Shown: in pieces, positions 38,478 to 48,259 of the stretch
How positions within the stretch are numbered: the first letter of the stretch is position 1
Layout of the letters: the number at the start of each line of letters is the position of its first letter
Assembly (NCBI GenBank): GCA_947165485.1
Contig: CAMVAP010000012.1
Coordinates: 2,227 to 66,226 of the forward strand
Direction of reading: 5' to 3'
From: an uncultured Prevotellaceae bacterium
Lineage (GTDB): Bacteria; Bacteroidota; Bacteroidia; Bacteroidales; Muribaculaceae
Length of the DNA: 64,000 bases
Position numbers and translations under genes: made by a program
The notes under the pieces: model-generated
What the model was told of the DNA's origin: nothing
What the model saw: the letters and a program-made list of their open reading frames with translations, nothing else
Database searches by the model: none

Positions 38478-40235
38478 ATGATAAGTAAATGGAATTACTT
38501 ACCTCTAACATCCGACGAACGCATTGCCGTGGAGCAGTTGGCGAACCAGTTCCCCAATTGTCCCGAGATCGCTCGGCTGTTGGTGCTCAGGGGCTTGAAG
38601 ACCGCGGACGATGTCCACGACTTCCTCTACCCGTCGCTCCAGCAACTGCACGATCCGTTCTTGATGAAGAACATGGACAAGGCCGTGGCAAGGCTCAACC
38701 AGGCGTTAGGGGCAAAAGAGAAGATCATGGTGTACGGAGACTACGACGTGGATGGAACCACTGCAGTAGCGCTCGTCTATAAGTATCTTCAAAACATTTA
38801 CTCCGACCTAGTGTACTATATACCGACGCGTGACGATGACGGTTATGGTATCTCTCTGCAAAGCATCGACTATGCAGCATCGATCGGAGTGAGTCTGATT
38901 ATTGTGCTCGACTGCGGTATCAAGGCGGTTGACGAGATTGCCTATGCCCGGGAGAAAGGCATAGACTTCATTGTGTGTGACCATCATGTCCCCGATGATG
39001 TCTTGCCCGATGCGGCGGCAATCTTGAATCCCAAGTTGCTCGATGACACCTATCCCTTCAAGGGCTTGTCGGGATGTGGCGTGGGCTTCAAGTTCATGCA
39101 GGCCTTCTCCAAGAGCAACGGTCTGGGACAGATGTACAACCTGGAGGCTATGCTCGACCTGGTGGCCGTGAGCATTGCTGCCGACATTGTCCCCATCACC
39201 GGCGAGAACAGGGTGATGATGTTCTATGGCCTGCGACGGCTGAACAACAATCCTAACGTGGGCCTGCGTAGCATTATCCGCACCTGTGGCCTGAACCGTC
39301 ACGAGTTGACCATCAATGACATTATCTTTAAGATAGGGCCGCGCATCAACGCTTCGGGCCGCATGGAGTCGGGTCAGGAATCGGTAGAGTTGCTGGTGAG
39401 CCGCAACATGTCCAGCGCAATGGAGATTTCCAAGCGCATCGACCAGTATAACAACAATCGCAAGGAGCTTGATAGCCAGGTGACCGTTGAGGCCAACGAG
39501 ATCATCGAGAGTCATGCCCAGGTGCTGGATGGCAAGAAGCCTATCGTCATCTATGACCGCAACTGGCACAAGGGAGTCATTGGCATTGTCGCAGCACGAC
39601 TGGCCGAGTTGTATTTCCGCCCATCGGTGGTACTTACCCATTATGCCGACGGCATTGCAACGGGGTCGTCACGATCGGTGCGCGGATTTGATGTCTATAC
39701 CGCCATCAAGTCTTGCCGTGACTTGCTGGAGACCTTCGGCGGACACACCAATGCGGTGGGCTTGTCGATCAAGGAAGAGAACATCCCCGAGTTCAGGAGG
39801 CGTCTCACGGCCTATGTCGAGGAGCACATCGAGGATGAGCAGGTGACCCCTGCCATGGATATCGACTGTGAACTCAAGTTCAGCGACATCAATGGCGCGT
39901 TCTTGCGTTACCTGCGCATGCTCAACCCCTATGGCCCGGGCAACAGCAAGCCGATGTTTATGACACGCAAGGTGTTTGACGCAGGCACCAGCAAGGTCGT
40001 GGGCAAGAAGGCCGAACACATCAAGCTGGATCTTGTCGATGAGGACGGCAACAAGGTTTTCAACGCCATCGCCTTTGGTATGGCGGCCTATAGTGATGCC
40101 CTCAAGGCCGGCAAGCCCATCGACATCTGCTATACGATCGAGGAAACTCGTCATCGCACCAGCTCAACGGTGCAACTCATGGTGAAGGCAATAAAATTGC
40201 ACGAAGATGCCGAGCCATCCCAAGCCGATTCTTGA
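38478..40235 (+). CDS. recJ: ssDNA-specific exonuclease RecJ
   Basis: YGDYDVDG, LDCG, CDHH (DHH), ADIVP, GPRINASGR and GGH (DHHA1). Confidence 0.97.
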   Translation: MISKWNYLPLTSDERIAVEQLANQFPNCPEIARLLVLRGLKTADDVHDFLYPSLQQLHDPFLMKNMDKAVARLNQALGAKEKIMVYGDYDVDGTTAVALVYKYLQNIYSDLVYYIPTRDDDGYGISLQSIDYAASIGVSLIIVLDCGIKAVDEIAYAREKGIDFIVCDHHVPDDVLPDAAAILNPKLLDDTYPFKGLSGCGVGFKFMQAFSKSNGLGQMYNLEAMLDLVAVSIAADIVPITGENRVMMFYGLRRLNNNPNVGLRSIIRTCGLNRHELTINDIIFKIGPRINASGRMESGQESVELLVSRNMSSAMEISKRIDQYNNNRKELDSQVTVEANEIIESHAQVLDGKKPIVIYDRNWHKGVIGIVAARLAELYFRPSVVLTHYADGIATGSSRSVRGFDVYTAIKSCRDLLETFGGHTNAVGLSIKEENIPEFRRRLTAYVEEHIEDEQVTPAMDIDCELKFSDINGAFLRYLRMLNPYGPGNSKPMFMTRKVFDAGTSKVVGKKAEHIKLDLVDEDGNKVFNAIAFGMAAYSDALKAGKPIDICYTIEETRHRTSSTVQLMVKAIKLHEDAEPSQADS

Positions 40236-42117
40236 AGTCCTCAAGAAATACTGGGGATATGATGCCTTCAGGCCCCTCCAGCAGGATATCATCGAGTCGG
40301 TTCTCATGGGGCGTGACACCCTGGGCCTGATGCCCACGGGTGGCGGCAAGTCTATCACATTTCAGGTGCCCACAATGGTCATGGATGGCATGGCCCTTGT
40401 TGTCACACCCATTATCTCGCTGATGAAAGACCAGGTAGATCGCCTGCGCTCATTGCACATCAAGGCGACTTACCTCTATGCCGGCCTAACAAGAGCCGAG
40501 GTGAACCGCACCTACGAGAAATGCCTCTATGGCAACTGCAAGTTCCTCTACGTCTCGCCCGAGCGGCTGCAATCCCAATCTTTCCTAGAGCGCTTGCGCC
40601 AGATGCCCGTCCGTCTCATCGTTGTGGACGAGGCGCATTGCATCTCGCAGTGGGGCTATGACTTCAGGCCTTCATTCCTGCGCATCGTCCAGGTGCGCAA
40701 ACTCTTCCCCAAGGTCCCCGTGCTGGCACTCACTGCCACAGCCACGCCCATCGTGGTCGATGATATACAGCGTTGCCTCAACTTCAAGGAGCCCAACGTG
40801 TTCTCGATGAGTTTTGCCCGCAGCAACCTCACCTATGTGGTGAGGCACACCGAGGAAAAAAACGCTGAACTCGTTCACATCCTGCGCTCGGTGCCGGGCA
40901 CGGCCATCGTCTATGTGCGCTCACGCCAGCGCACCAAGCAGATCAGTGACCAACTCAACCAGGCTGGCATCCATGCCGATTTCTACCATGCGGGCCTCTA
41001 TGTCGAGGACAAGGAGGACAAGCAGACCAAGTGGACGACCGATGAGTGCCGTGTGATGGTGGCTACCAATGCCTTCGGCATGGGCATCGATAAGCCCGAT
41101 GTGCGTCTGGTGGTTCATGTCGATGTCCCTAACTCGCTAGAGGAGTATTACCAGGAGGCGGGTAGGGCAGGACGTGATGGCAAGCGGTCCTATGCCGTCT
41201 TGCTGGTCAAGCACACCGACCAGCGTATCCTGCGCCGCCACATCACCGAAGCCTTTCCCGACAAGGACTTTATCCGCAACATCTATGAGCGGGTGGGCAA
41301 CTTCTTGGGCGTGAGCCTGGGTGAAGGCTACCAGCAGATGTATGACTTCAATTTCAACCTCTTTTGCCGCACCTTTGACCTGCCGGTATTGCCCACCCAC
41401 AATGCCTTGAAGATTCTCACCCAGGCAGGCTACATCGAGTTTGTTGAGGAAATCGAGACGCAATCCCGTGTCATGATCCATGCCAGGAAGGAAGAACTCT
41501 ATGACCTGGAGACAACCACTCCTGGTGCAGACCAGGTGCTGCAAGCGATCCTCAGGTTATATACGGGGCTGTTTGCCGACTATGTGTTCATCAACGAGGA
41601 TGTCATCGCTTTCCGCACGGGGCTGGACCAGGAAACCATCTACAAGTCATTGCTTGAATTGACAAGGATGCGCATTCTGCACTATGTGCCACGCAAGCGC
41701 ACACCTTATATAATATATACCACCTCACGGGAGGAGCCCAAGCACGTGTTGATTCCACGGGTGGTCTATGAAGAACTGCGCCAGCGCATGACCGACCGCA
41801 TCGAGGCCGTCATCAACTATGCCTACAGCGACACGGGTTGCCGCGAGCGCATGTTGCTCGGCTACTTCGGTGAGAAATCAGACGAGAACTGCGGCAGTTG
41901 CGACCTGTGCATCGACCGCCGCAAGCGTGGTGACCATGAGCCCGCCGACGTGCAGCAGGGCATCCTCTACATGGCAGGCCTGCGTCCCCGCCGCTTGGAA
42001 GAATTCCTCAACACCCTCTCTTTCCCCAAGGATGAAATCATTTCAACGCTATCCTTCCTCGTTGACGAAGGCTTCATCGACCATCTCGACAACGACACCT
42101 ACTCCAAGCGCCCATAA
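40207..42117 (+). CDS. recQ: RecQ family ATP-dependent DNA helicase
   Basis: MPTGGGKS, VDEAHCISQWGYDFRP, ATNAFGMGIDK, QEAGRAGRDG and zinc-binding CR...CGSCDLC. No HRDC domain is apparent, so this is a RecQ paralog type. Confidence 0.93.
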   Translation: MPSHPKPILEVLKKYWGYDAFRPLQQDIIESVLMGRDTLGLMPTGGGKSITFQVPTMVMDGMALVVTPIISLMKDQVDRLRSLHIKATYLYAGLTRAEVNRTYEKCLYGNCKFLYVSPERLQSQSFLERLRQMPVRLIVVDEAHCISQWGYDFRPSFLRIVQVRKLFPKVPVLALTATATPIVVDDIQRCLNFKEPNVFSMSFARSNLTYVVRHTEEKNAELVHILRSVPGTAIVYVRSRQRTKQISDQLNQAGIHADFYHAGLYVEDKEDKQTKWTTDECRVMVATNAFGMGIDKPDVRLVVHVDVPNSLEEYYQEAGRAGRDGKRSYAVLLVKHTDQRILRRHITEAFPDKDFIRNIYERVGNFLGVSLGEGYQQMYDFNFNLFCRTFDLPVLPTHNALKILTQAGYIEFVEEIETQSRVMIHARKEELYDLETTTPGADQVLQAILRLYTGLFADYVFINEDVIAFRTGLDQETIYKSLLELTRMRILHYVPRKRTPYIIYTTSREEPKHVLIPRVVYEELRQRMTDRIEAVINYAYSDTGCRERMLLGYFGEKSDENCGSCDLCIDRRKRGDHEPADVQQGILYMAGLRPRRLEEFLNTLSFPKDEIISTLSFLVDEGFIDHLDNDTYSKRP

Positions 42118-42182
42118 ATCCACATCCTCTTTCAACTCATTCACTTGATGGACTTGTATTCTATAGTGAGATTGTTCCTAAA

Positions 42183-44354
42183 TCAATTGCTGTTAAGGAT
42201 GATGTTAATGAGAGCGTTGATGTCAGCAATACTTATCGCACCATCGCTGTTTACATCACTCAAGTAATAACTTAGGCTATCGCTGACGACACCAAAGATG
42301 TTGTTGATGATACAATTGATATCGGCGAGGTTGACTTCACTGTCACTGTTCACGTCACCCGATGAAGGGTCAAGGCCAACAATAGTAGTGAAAAGACTCC
42401 ACGGATAAGTGGATTTATAAGTATTGACTGAGGCTATCGGTACACGTAGTGTCGCTTTTTCATAAGGGCCAGGAACACCATTGTAACTTCCAAAGACATC
42501 CTGATTCTTTAATTGAGGTGGGTTCAGTGCTAAACAAGCCACTGTTGATAGATTATTACAATATTCAAATGCTCCATTATCAATGGCTGTAACCCCTCTA
42601 CCAATGATTAAATCTGTTAAGCCTTCAAAGCCTCGGAAAGCATAGTTCCCGATAGTGGTTACCGTGTTAGAAATAGTCACTTTTTTCAAGCTTTGCACCC
42701 AACGAGGCAGAGCATCTGTTTTGAGAAATTGTTGATATATCTGCTTTACACCGTTTCCAATAGTCAGATTCTCGACTGTGGACTTCTGGAAAGCATGATT
42801 ATTGCAAGGGGTACTAAACTCAGTCTTCCAAATCAAGTTCTTGATATTGCATTCAGTGAACGCACCAGTGCCAATCGAAACAACGGAGTTACCAATCGTC
42901 ATGTTCTTCAAGCTTGAACAACCCCAAAATGCCGCAAAACCGATTGAATTAACTGAGTTGGGGATTGTAATGCTCTTTAATTTATTGCATCCAACGAAAG
43001 CATAATCGGCTATTGAGTTAAGACCCGTGAAGTATTGGAACTCGTCAAACGATTCAATGTCAGATTCAGAAAACTCATAATAATCCATCTTACTCGCAGC
43101 TCTGGCTTCATTCATAGTAAAGACACCGTTATCATCCCCATCCCAGCGCATCAGGCAATGATATTTGGCTTTTTGATCAACAAAAGTCATACCTGCATCA
43201 AGGTTGATAGATTTTGGCTGTAAACCAATTACAGCATGTTGTCCATAAGCATAATTCAAAAGACAGTCTTCACAATCAGAAACGTCAAGCACGAAATAGC
43301 CATCTAAACCACCGTTCCAGCCCCAGTTGATATGGTAGTAACCATTGCCGTCATAGCCGTCACAAATAAAAACATGACCAACAATATTATCCTGTGGATG
43401 ACCACCGTAAAGAACTGGGCGGTTCTCAGCCAATTCGTTGTATATGATATCATTCCATTCCTCATCGCTATAAGACCCCGACTCTCGAAAAACTAAATGG
43501 GCCTGGAATCTATAAGCAAAATATTCTTTTAAAGCCGACAACGCGGAATAATTGGAGGAGCAGCTACTTCCAGCATTATATGCCATCTTTGCCGCCACTC
43601 CACAGTATTTCATGAGGTTGGCAACTGCCTCCTTCTGGCTTTCGGTAGGATTACTATAGAGGTAATCATCAATCATATTGTCCCAATCTATGACTGAGCC
43701 TGCCGGGATAGCATCAACCTGCAATCCATTTACCATGGTGTAAGACGGTATCTCAAATATAGTCTGATTCAAAGAGTGATCTCGATGAAAATACATCACT
43801 TGAGCCATTGCAGTGGCAACACATCCAGTGGCACACCTTTGCCCATTTCTGGGGTCAATCGGACAAAACATGTTATAAGGATCCCCTTGGCCCCATTGGC
43901 AAGTAAGCAATGGGGTAATGGCGTGAGGGTAGGATACTTTCTTTTGTACGCGATGGGGTATTGCACCGTGTTCCTGAAGGTATCTGATTTGGTGGGCATA
44001 ACTGTCAAGCCATTCTTGCAGGTTGCAGGGTATATCATTGTAGTTAAAGAAACCCTCATTTGAATAGCCGAGAACGGTATGTGCGGCATCGTCACCGCTA
44101 ACGATGACAAAACCCTGATGATTGCCGATGTTGAACACATAATAGGGCTGCGGCTCATCTTCATGGATAACAGCACGCATTGTGGCATGACGCAACGACG
44201 AAACTGTGATGTTTTGGCCACGTTCTTGCATAAAGGTGAGCGCGTTCAATTGGGCCTGTTGGCGAGTGATGGGTCTTGCTGTGGTTTGAAAGGGGATGGT
44301 GAGACACATCAGCATCAATAGGACTATGAATGATCGGGTATATAGAGGTTTCAT
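42183..44354 (-). CDS. C10 (streptopain-like) cysteine protease with Spi/I69 prodomain, BspA-type LRR region and C-terminal dockerin
   Basis: YYVFN..GFVIVSGDD prodomain; QGDPYN..CP; catalytic TGCVATAMAQ, GHVFICDGY and HINWGW; TIPNSVNSIG..AF LRR_5 repeats; two dockerin repeats. Confidence 0.9.
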   Translation of the reverse strand: MKPLYTRSFIVLLMLMCLTIPFQTTARPITRQQAQLNALTFMQERGQNITVSSLRHATMRAVIHEDEPQPYYVFNIGNHQGFVIVSGDDAAHTVLGYSNEGFFNYNDIPCNLQEWLDSYAHQIRYLQEHGAIPHRVQKKVSYPHAITPLLTCQWGQGDPYNMFCPIDPRNGQRCATGCVATAMAQVMYFHRDHSLNQTIFEIPSYTMVNGLQVDAIPAGSVIDWDNMIDDYLYSNPTESQKEAVANLMKYCGVAAKMAYNAGSSCSSNYSALSALKEYFAYRFQAHLVFRESGSYSDEEWNDIIYNELAENRPVLYGGHPQDNIVGHVFICDGYDGNGYYHINWGWNGGLDGYFVLDVSDCEDCLLNYAYGQHAVIGLQPKSINLDAGMTFVDQKAKYHCLMRWDGDDNGVFTMNEARAASKMDYYEFSESDIESFDEFQYFTGLNSIADYAFVGCNKLKSITIPNSVNSIGFAAFWGCSSLKNMTIGNSVVSIGTGAFTECNIKNLIWKTEFSTPCNNHAFQKSTVENLTIGNGVKQIYQQFLKTDALPRWVQSLKKVTISNTVTTIGNYAFRGFEGLTDLIIGRGVTAIDNGAFEYCNNLSTVACLALNPPQLKNQDVFGSYNGVPGPYEKATLRVPIASVNTYKSTYPWSLFTTIVGLDPSSGDVNSDSEVNLADINCIINNIFGVVSDSLSYYLSDVNSDGAISIADINALINIILNSN

Positions 44355-44532
44355 ACTTTATGATAATAAGAAAAAGTTAAACTCACGCAAAGTTATATCG
44401 TTTTCTTGGATGCTACAAGAATACATGAAGAAAATAGCAAGCTAACACCTTATATCATATAAACCACAATTATATATATCACCTCGACGACGACACCAAT
44501 TCCAAGGTGCCCATAATTCCATAAACAAAATG

Positions 44533-44567
44533 AAAAAGAGCGGTTCCATGACGGAACCACTCTTTTT
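44533..44567 (-). terminator. Intrinsic terminator of the 1113-aa protein gene
   Basis: Minus strand AAAAAGAGTGGTTCC-GTCAT-GGAACCGCTCTTTTT is fully paired with one G-U. Confidence 0.85.
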
Positions 44568-44604
44568 TTCAAGAGTCAGATAGCTGATCGCTAATAGCTA
44601 ATTC

Positions 44605-47600
44605 TTACTTGATCACCTTAACGGCGCTGTGGCTGCCGTCGGTGTAGGTGGTAACAACGATCGTCAGACCGTTGGCCTCCTGCATCTCCTGGCCCATGAT
44701 GTTGTAGTAGCGAACGCCAGCAACAACCTTCTCGGTGTCGTTGATCAGCTCTTCTACACCACCCGAGCCCTTGGTCAGACGGTAAACAGCGAAGTTGCCA
44801 CCAGGATAGTACTGATAGATGGTTGCACCGACGCCATCGGGATCAACCTCAACATTCAGCCAGTCGGCCTGGTAAGTGTTAGCATTGCCAGTGACGGTCG
44901 AAGCAACAGCCACGATGGGCTCGTCGGCACCACCCTCGGCTACAGCAAATGCGTTCTGGTAGTTGGGCTCCTGAGGATAAACAAACAGCTGCTTGTTGTC
45001 CCAAACAAACGGGAACACACCGTTGCAAGTGCCCTTGCCAGGCAGTGCTACTGCACAGGCTGCGAAGTTCTCACCGTCGAAGATGAGCTTCTGGGGAGCA
45101 GCGTTGCGGGTCACGTACAGCAGAGCCTCTTCACCAGCGATGTCGGTGAAGTAGTTGATAACGGTCGAGCTGGTGGGAGTCAGACCGTCGCAGGTAGCGG
45201 GATAGCACTCGTCGATGTTCACCTCACCACCAGTGATGGTCATAACCGAAACACCAAAGGTGGTAGCACCGGTCAGGTAGATAACGCCGTCTTCCATCAG
45301 GTTGCCCTTGGCAAAGCCCATGAAGTCGCAGCGACCCTCAATACCGCACTCGGCAGGAACAATGTATTCCTTCATCTCGTTGGTCTCGGGGTTGATCACC
45401 TTGATGGTAGCCTCGGCCCAAGGATCGGGGAATTTAGCGTTGCTGACAACCAGGTTGCCGGCCTCGTCACGGGTAAGACCGCAGTTGGCACCGCCAGGAT
45501 AGGTGGTGTTGGTCAAGCCATTCTTGCCGATTACATAGATGGTCTGAGTGGCCTTGTCGTTAACATAGAACTTGCTGTTCATACCGAAGCCCTGACGAAC
45601 GTCGGCAGTGTTCATGAATGAGAGGTCGGTGATGTCCCAAACCTTTACAATCTTGTAACCATCCTCGGTGCCGCCCTGCTTGGCAGGAATAACAACAACC
45701 AGAGTCGTGGTCTCGCTGATGCCCTGGCCTTCGCCCTGAGCGGTAGCGGTAATCGTTACAGTCTGCTCCTCGTCGCCGAAGGGGATGGTGTAGGGGTTCT
45801 CAACCTCAACACCGTCAACATAGACGTGGATCTCGCCCTCACCGGTAACGGTGACAACGACACCGTCCTCAGTCTCCTCGGTAGTGATGGTGGGAGGAGT
45901 GGTGGGCTCGGGCTCGGGAACGTTCTTGGTCAAGCGGTAAACGGTGAAGTTGCCACCAGGATAGTACTGGTAGATGATGACAACCTTGTCATTCACCTCA
46001 GCATTCAGCCAGTCGGCCTGATAATTGTTCATGTTGCCAGTGACGGTCGAGGGAACGGCCACGATGGGCTCCTCGGCACCAGCCTCGGCGATAGCAAAGC
46101 CATTCTGGTAGTTAGGCTCCTGGGGATAGATGTAGAACTGCTTGCCGTCCCAAACAAACGGGAACACACCGTTGCAAGTGCCCTTGCCAGGCAGTGCGAT
46201 ACCGCTGGCAACAAAGTTCTCACCATCGGCGATCAGCTTCTGGGGAGCAGCGTTGCGGGTAACATACAGCAGAGCGTCTTCACCAGCGAGATCCTTGAAG
46301 TAGTTGATAACGGTCGAGCTGGTGGGAGTCAGACCGTCGCAGGTTGCGGGATAGCACTCGTCGATGTTCACCTCACCACCAGTGATGGTCAGGATAGCAA
46401 CACCGTTGGTGGTAGCACCGGTCAGGTAGAGAACACCGTCCTCCATCAGGTTGCCCTTGGCAAAGCCCATGAAGTCGCAGCGACCCTCAATACCGCACTC
46501 GGCAGGAACAATGTATTCCTTCATCTCGTTGGTCTCGGGGTTGATCACCTTGATGGTAGCCTCGGCCCAAGGATCGGGGAAGTTAGCGTTGCTGACGATC
46601 AGGTTGCCAGCCTCGTCACGGGTCAGACCGCAGTTGGCACCGCCAGGATAGGTGGTGGTGGTCAGACCGTTCTTGCCAATCACATAGATGGTCTGGTTGG
46701 CCTTGTCGTTGACATAGAACTTAGCGTTCATACCGAAGCCCTGACGAACGTCGGCGGTGTTCAGGAACGATACATCCGATACTTCCCAAATCTTCTCAAA
46801 CTTGTAAGTCTCTTCTTGGGGAGCAGCAGCGGGCTTGATGTTCATGGTCATGGTCGTGGTATTAACGATGACCTCATAGGTGCCGGCAGCAACCTTGAAG
46901 CTGTTGGCCTTAGCAAAGCCGCCCAGCTCAATGTCGATACCCATCATGTCCTCGCTCAGCAGGTAGCCATCCTCGATAGCACCCAGGCGATAACCGGCGA
47001 TACCGTTCCAGTCGTCGCTGTTCTCACCCAGCTTAGAGGTGAATGAGAAGTAGCTGTAACCGATACCATCATTCTCATCGATGGTCTCACCGGCAGCGGT
47101 GATGGTTGCCTTGTAAACATTCTCGCTCACAACCTCCATGGGTACACCCACGCTGGGATCCCATGCGTTGCCGTTCACCTGACCCAGGATGTACATATAG
47201 CCGGTGATGGGGTTAAAGCCACCGCTTATCGAGCCACTCAGCTGAATGGTCGAGGTGCTGGGATCAAAGGTGAAGCGCAGCGTGTAGATGCCGCTCTTCT
47301 CGACGGTGTAAACAAAGTTCTCGGGAGGCCAGCAGGTACCCCAATCACGGTTACCGACAACCTTGAATGCCAACTCGGTGCCCTCGGCGAGCTCACAATT
47401 GGTCTTGATGAGCTCATAGGTGCCGTCCGACAACTTGGTCATGTCGTTAGCGGTGTTGGTGGGATCCCACTCAGTGCCGAATACCGATGCGGGAGCACCA
47501 GCTACGGTGTAAGTGCTGATCTCGACGGGAACAACATCACCTTCAATCTTGAACTTGTTGATGAAGGGGTTGTAGGTGATGATGTATTCACTGCCTGAAC

Positions 47601-47946
47601 CAGTGAATTTGTAAGCACCATGGTCTCCACCTGACTTCTGGGTTGTGATCCAGGTGTCAGCGGTAACAGTTTCGTCACCACCTGTGGGACCGATACGCAG
47701 GTTGTCATTAAAGTTGGTCCAGTCGCCTGCATCGGCAAGACCATCAGCCATTACAAACCAGATGGAACCGTTGATGGTGGCCTTGAAGCTGTAGGTACCA
47801 TCAGCGTTCTGGGTCATTTCAACACCGGTGGAAGGATCCCAGCCGTTGCCGAATGGCTCATTTCCGACGAGATAGTATGCTGCCTGTGATGAGAAGGCTA
47901 GCATTACTACCATTGACAGTAAAGTAATTAATTTTTTCATAGACAT
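44605..47946 (-). CDS. Large secreted protein: three SusE/SusF-like N-terminal modules, two near-identical ~295-aa domains, an Ig-like spacer and a T9SS-like CTD
   Basis: Signal peptide; three Y..(V/L)G....WDP modules; duplicated domain; C-terminus VRYYNIMGQEMQEANGLTIVVTTYTDGSHSAVKVIK. Confidence 0.75.
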   Translation of the reverse strand: MSMKKLITLLSMVVMLAFSSQAAYYLVGNEPFGNGWDPSTGVEMTQNADGTYSFKATINGSIWFVMADGLADAGDWTNFNDNLRIGPTGGDETVTADTWITTQKSGGDHGAYKFTGSGSEYIITYNPFINKFKIEGDVVPVEISTYTVAGAPASVFGTEWDPTNTANDMTKLSDGTYELIKTNCELAEGTELAFKVVGNRDWGTCWPPENFVYTVEKSGIYTLRFTFDPSTSTIQLSGSISGGFNPITGYMYILGQVNGNAWDPSVGVPMEVVSENVYKATITAAGETIDENDGIGYSYFSFTSKLGENSDDWNGIAGYRLGAIEDGYLLSEDMMGIDIELGGFAKANSFKVAAGTYEVIVNTTTMTMNIKPAAAPQEETYKFEKIWEVSDVSFLNTADVRQGFGMNAKFYVNDKANQTIYVIGKNGLTTTTYPGGANCGLTRDEAGNLIVSNANFPDPWAEATIKVINPETNEMKEYIVPAECGIEGRCDFMGFAKGNLMEDGVLYLTGATTNGVAILTITGGEVNIDECYPATCDGLTPTSSTVINYFKDLAGEDALLYVTRNAAPQKLIADGENFVASGIALPGKGTCNGVFPFVWDGKQFYIYPQEPNYQNGFAIAEAGAEEPIVAVPSTVTGNMNNYQADWLNAEVNDKVVIIYQYYPGGNFTVYRLTKNVPEPEPTTPPTITTEETEDGVVVTVTGEGEIHVYVDGVEVENPYTIPFGDEEQTVTITATAQGEGQGISETTTLVVVIPAKQGGTEDGYKIVKVWDITDLSFMNTADVRQGFGMNSKFYVNDKATQTIYVIGKNGLTNTTYPGGANCGLTRDEAGNLVVSNAKFPDPWAEATIKVINPETNEMKEYIVPAECGIEGRCDFMGFAKGNLMEDGVIYLTGATTFGVSVMTITGGEVNIDECYPATCDGLTPTSSTVINYFTDIAGEEALLYVTRNAAPQKLIFDGENFAACAVALPGKGTCNGVFPFVWDNKQLFVYPQEPNYQNAFAVAEGGADEPIVAVASTVTGNANTYQADWLNVEVDPDGVGATIYQYYPGGNFAVYRLTKGSGGVEELINDTEKVVAGVRYYNIMGQEMQEANGLTIVVTTYTDGSHSAVKVIK
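44770..46806 (-). repeat. Intragenic domain duplication (45925-46806 and 44770-45657)
   Basis: Both copies run from YK..K.W to YRLTK with long identical amino-acid and nucleotide stretches. Confidence 0.92.
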
Positions 47947-48259
47947 GAAATATTAAAAATTAAAACAAAATATAAAATACTACATTCTATCTTCATGCAT
48001 TGCTATCGTTAAACCGGACTTTTGCAATGATTTGCAAAATTAAGAAAGTTATTTATAATAAACAAATGAACAAACAAAAAATTTATTTTTTAACAATGTG
48101 TACACCTGTTTATCATGGTCTTGGCTGGCTATGCACGGATCATTCATGCAAAATGGACCTCATCGGATCCATGATGTGTAAAAATATTCATAAAAAAATG
48201 TTTTGGTCGGGAAAATAGTTGTACTTTTGCAGCGGTTTATTTAACATCAATATTTTGAC

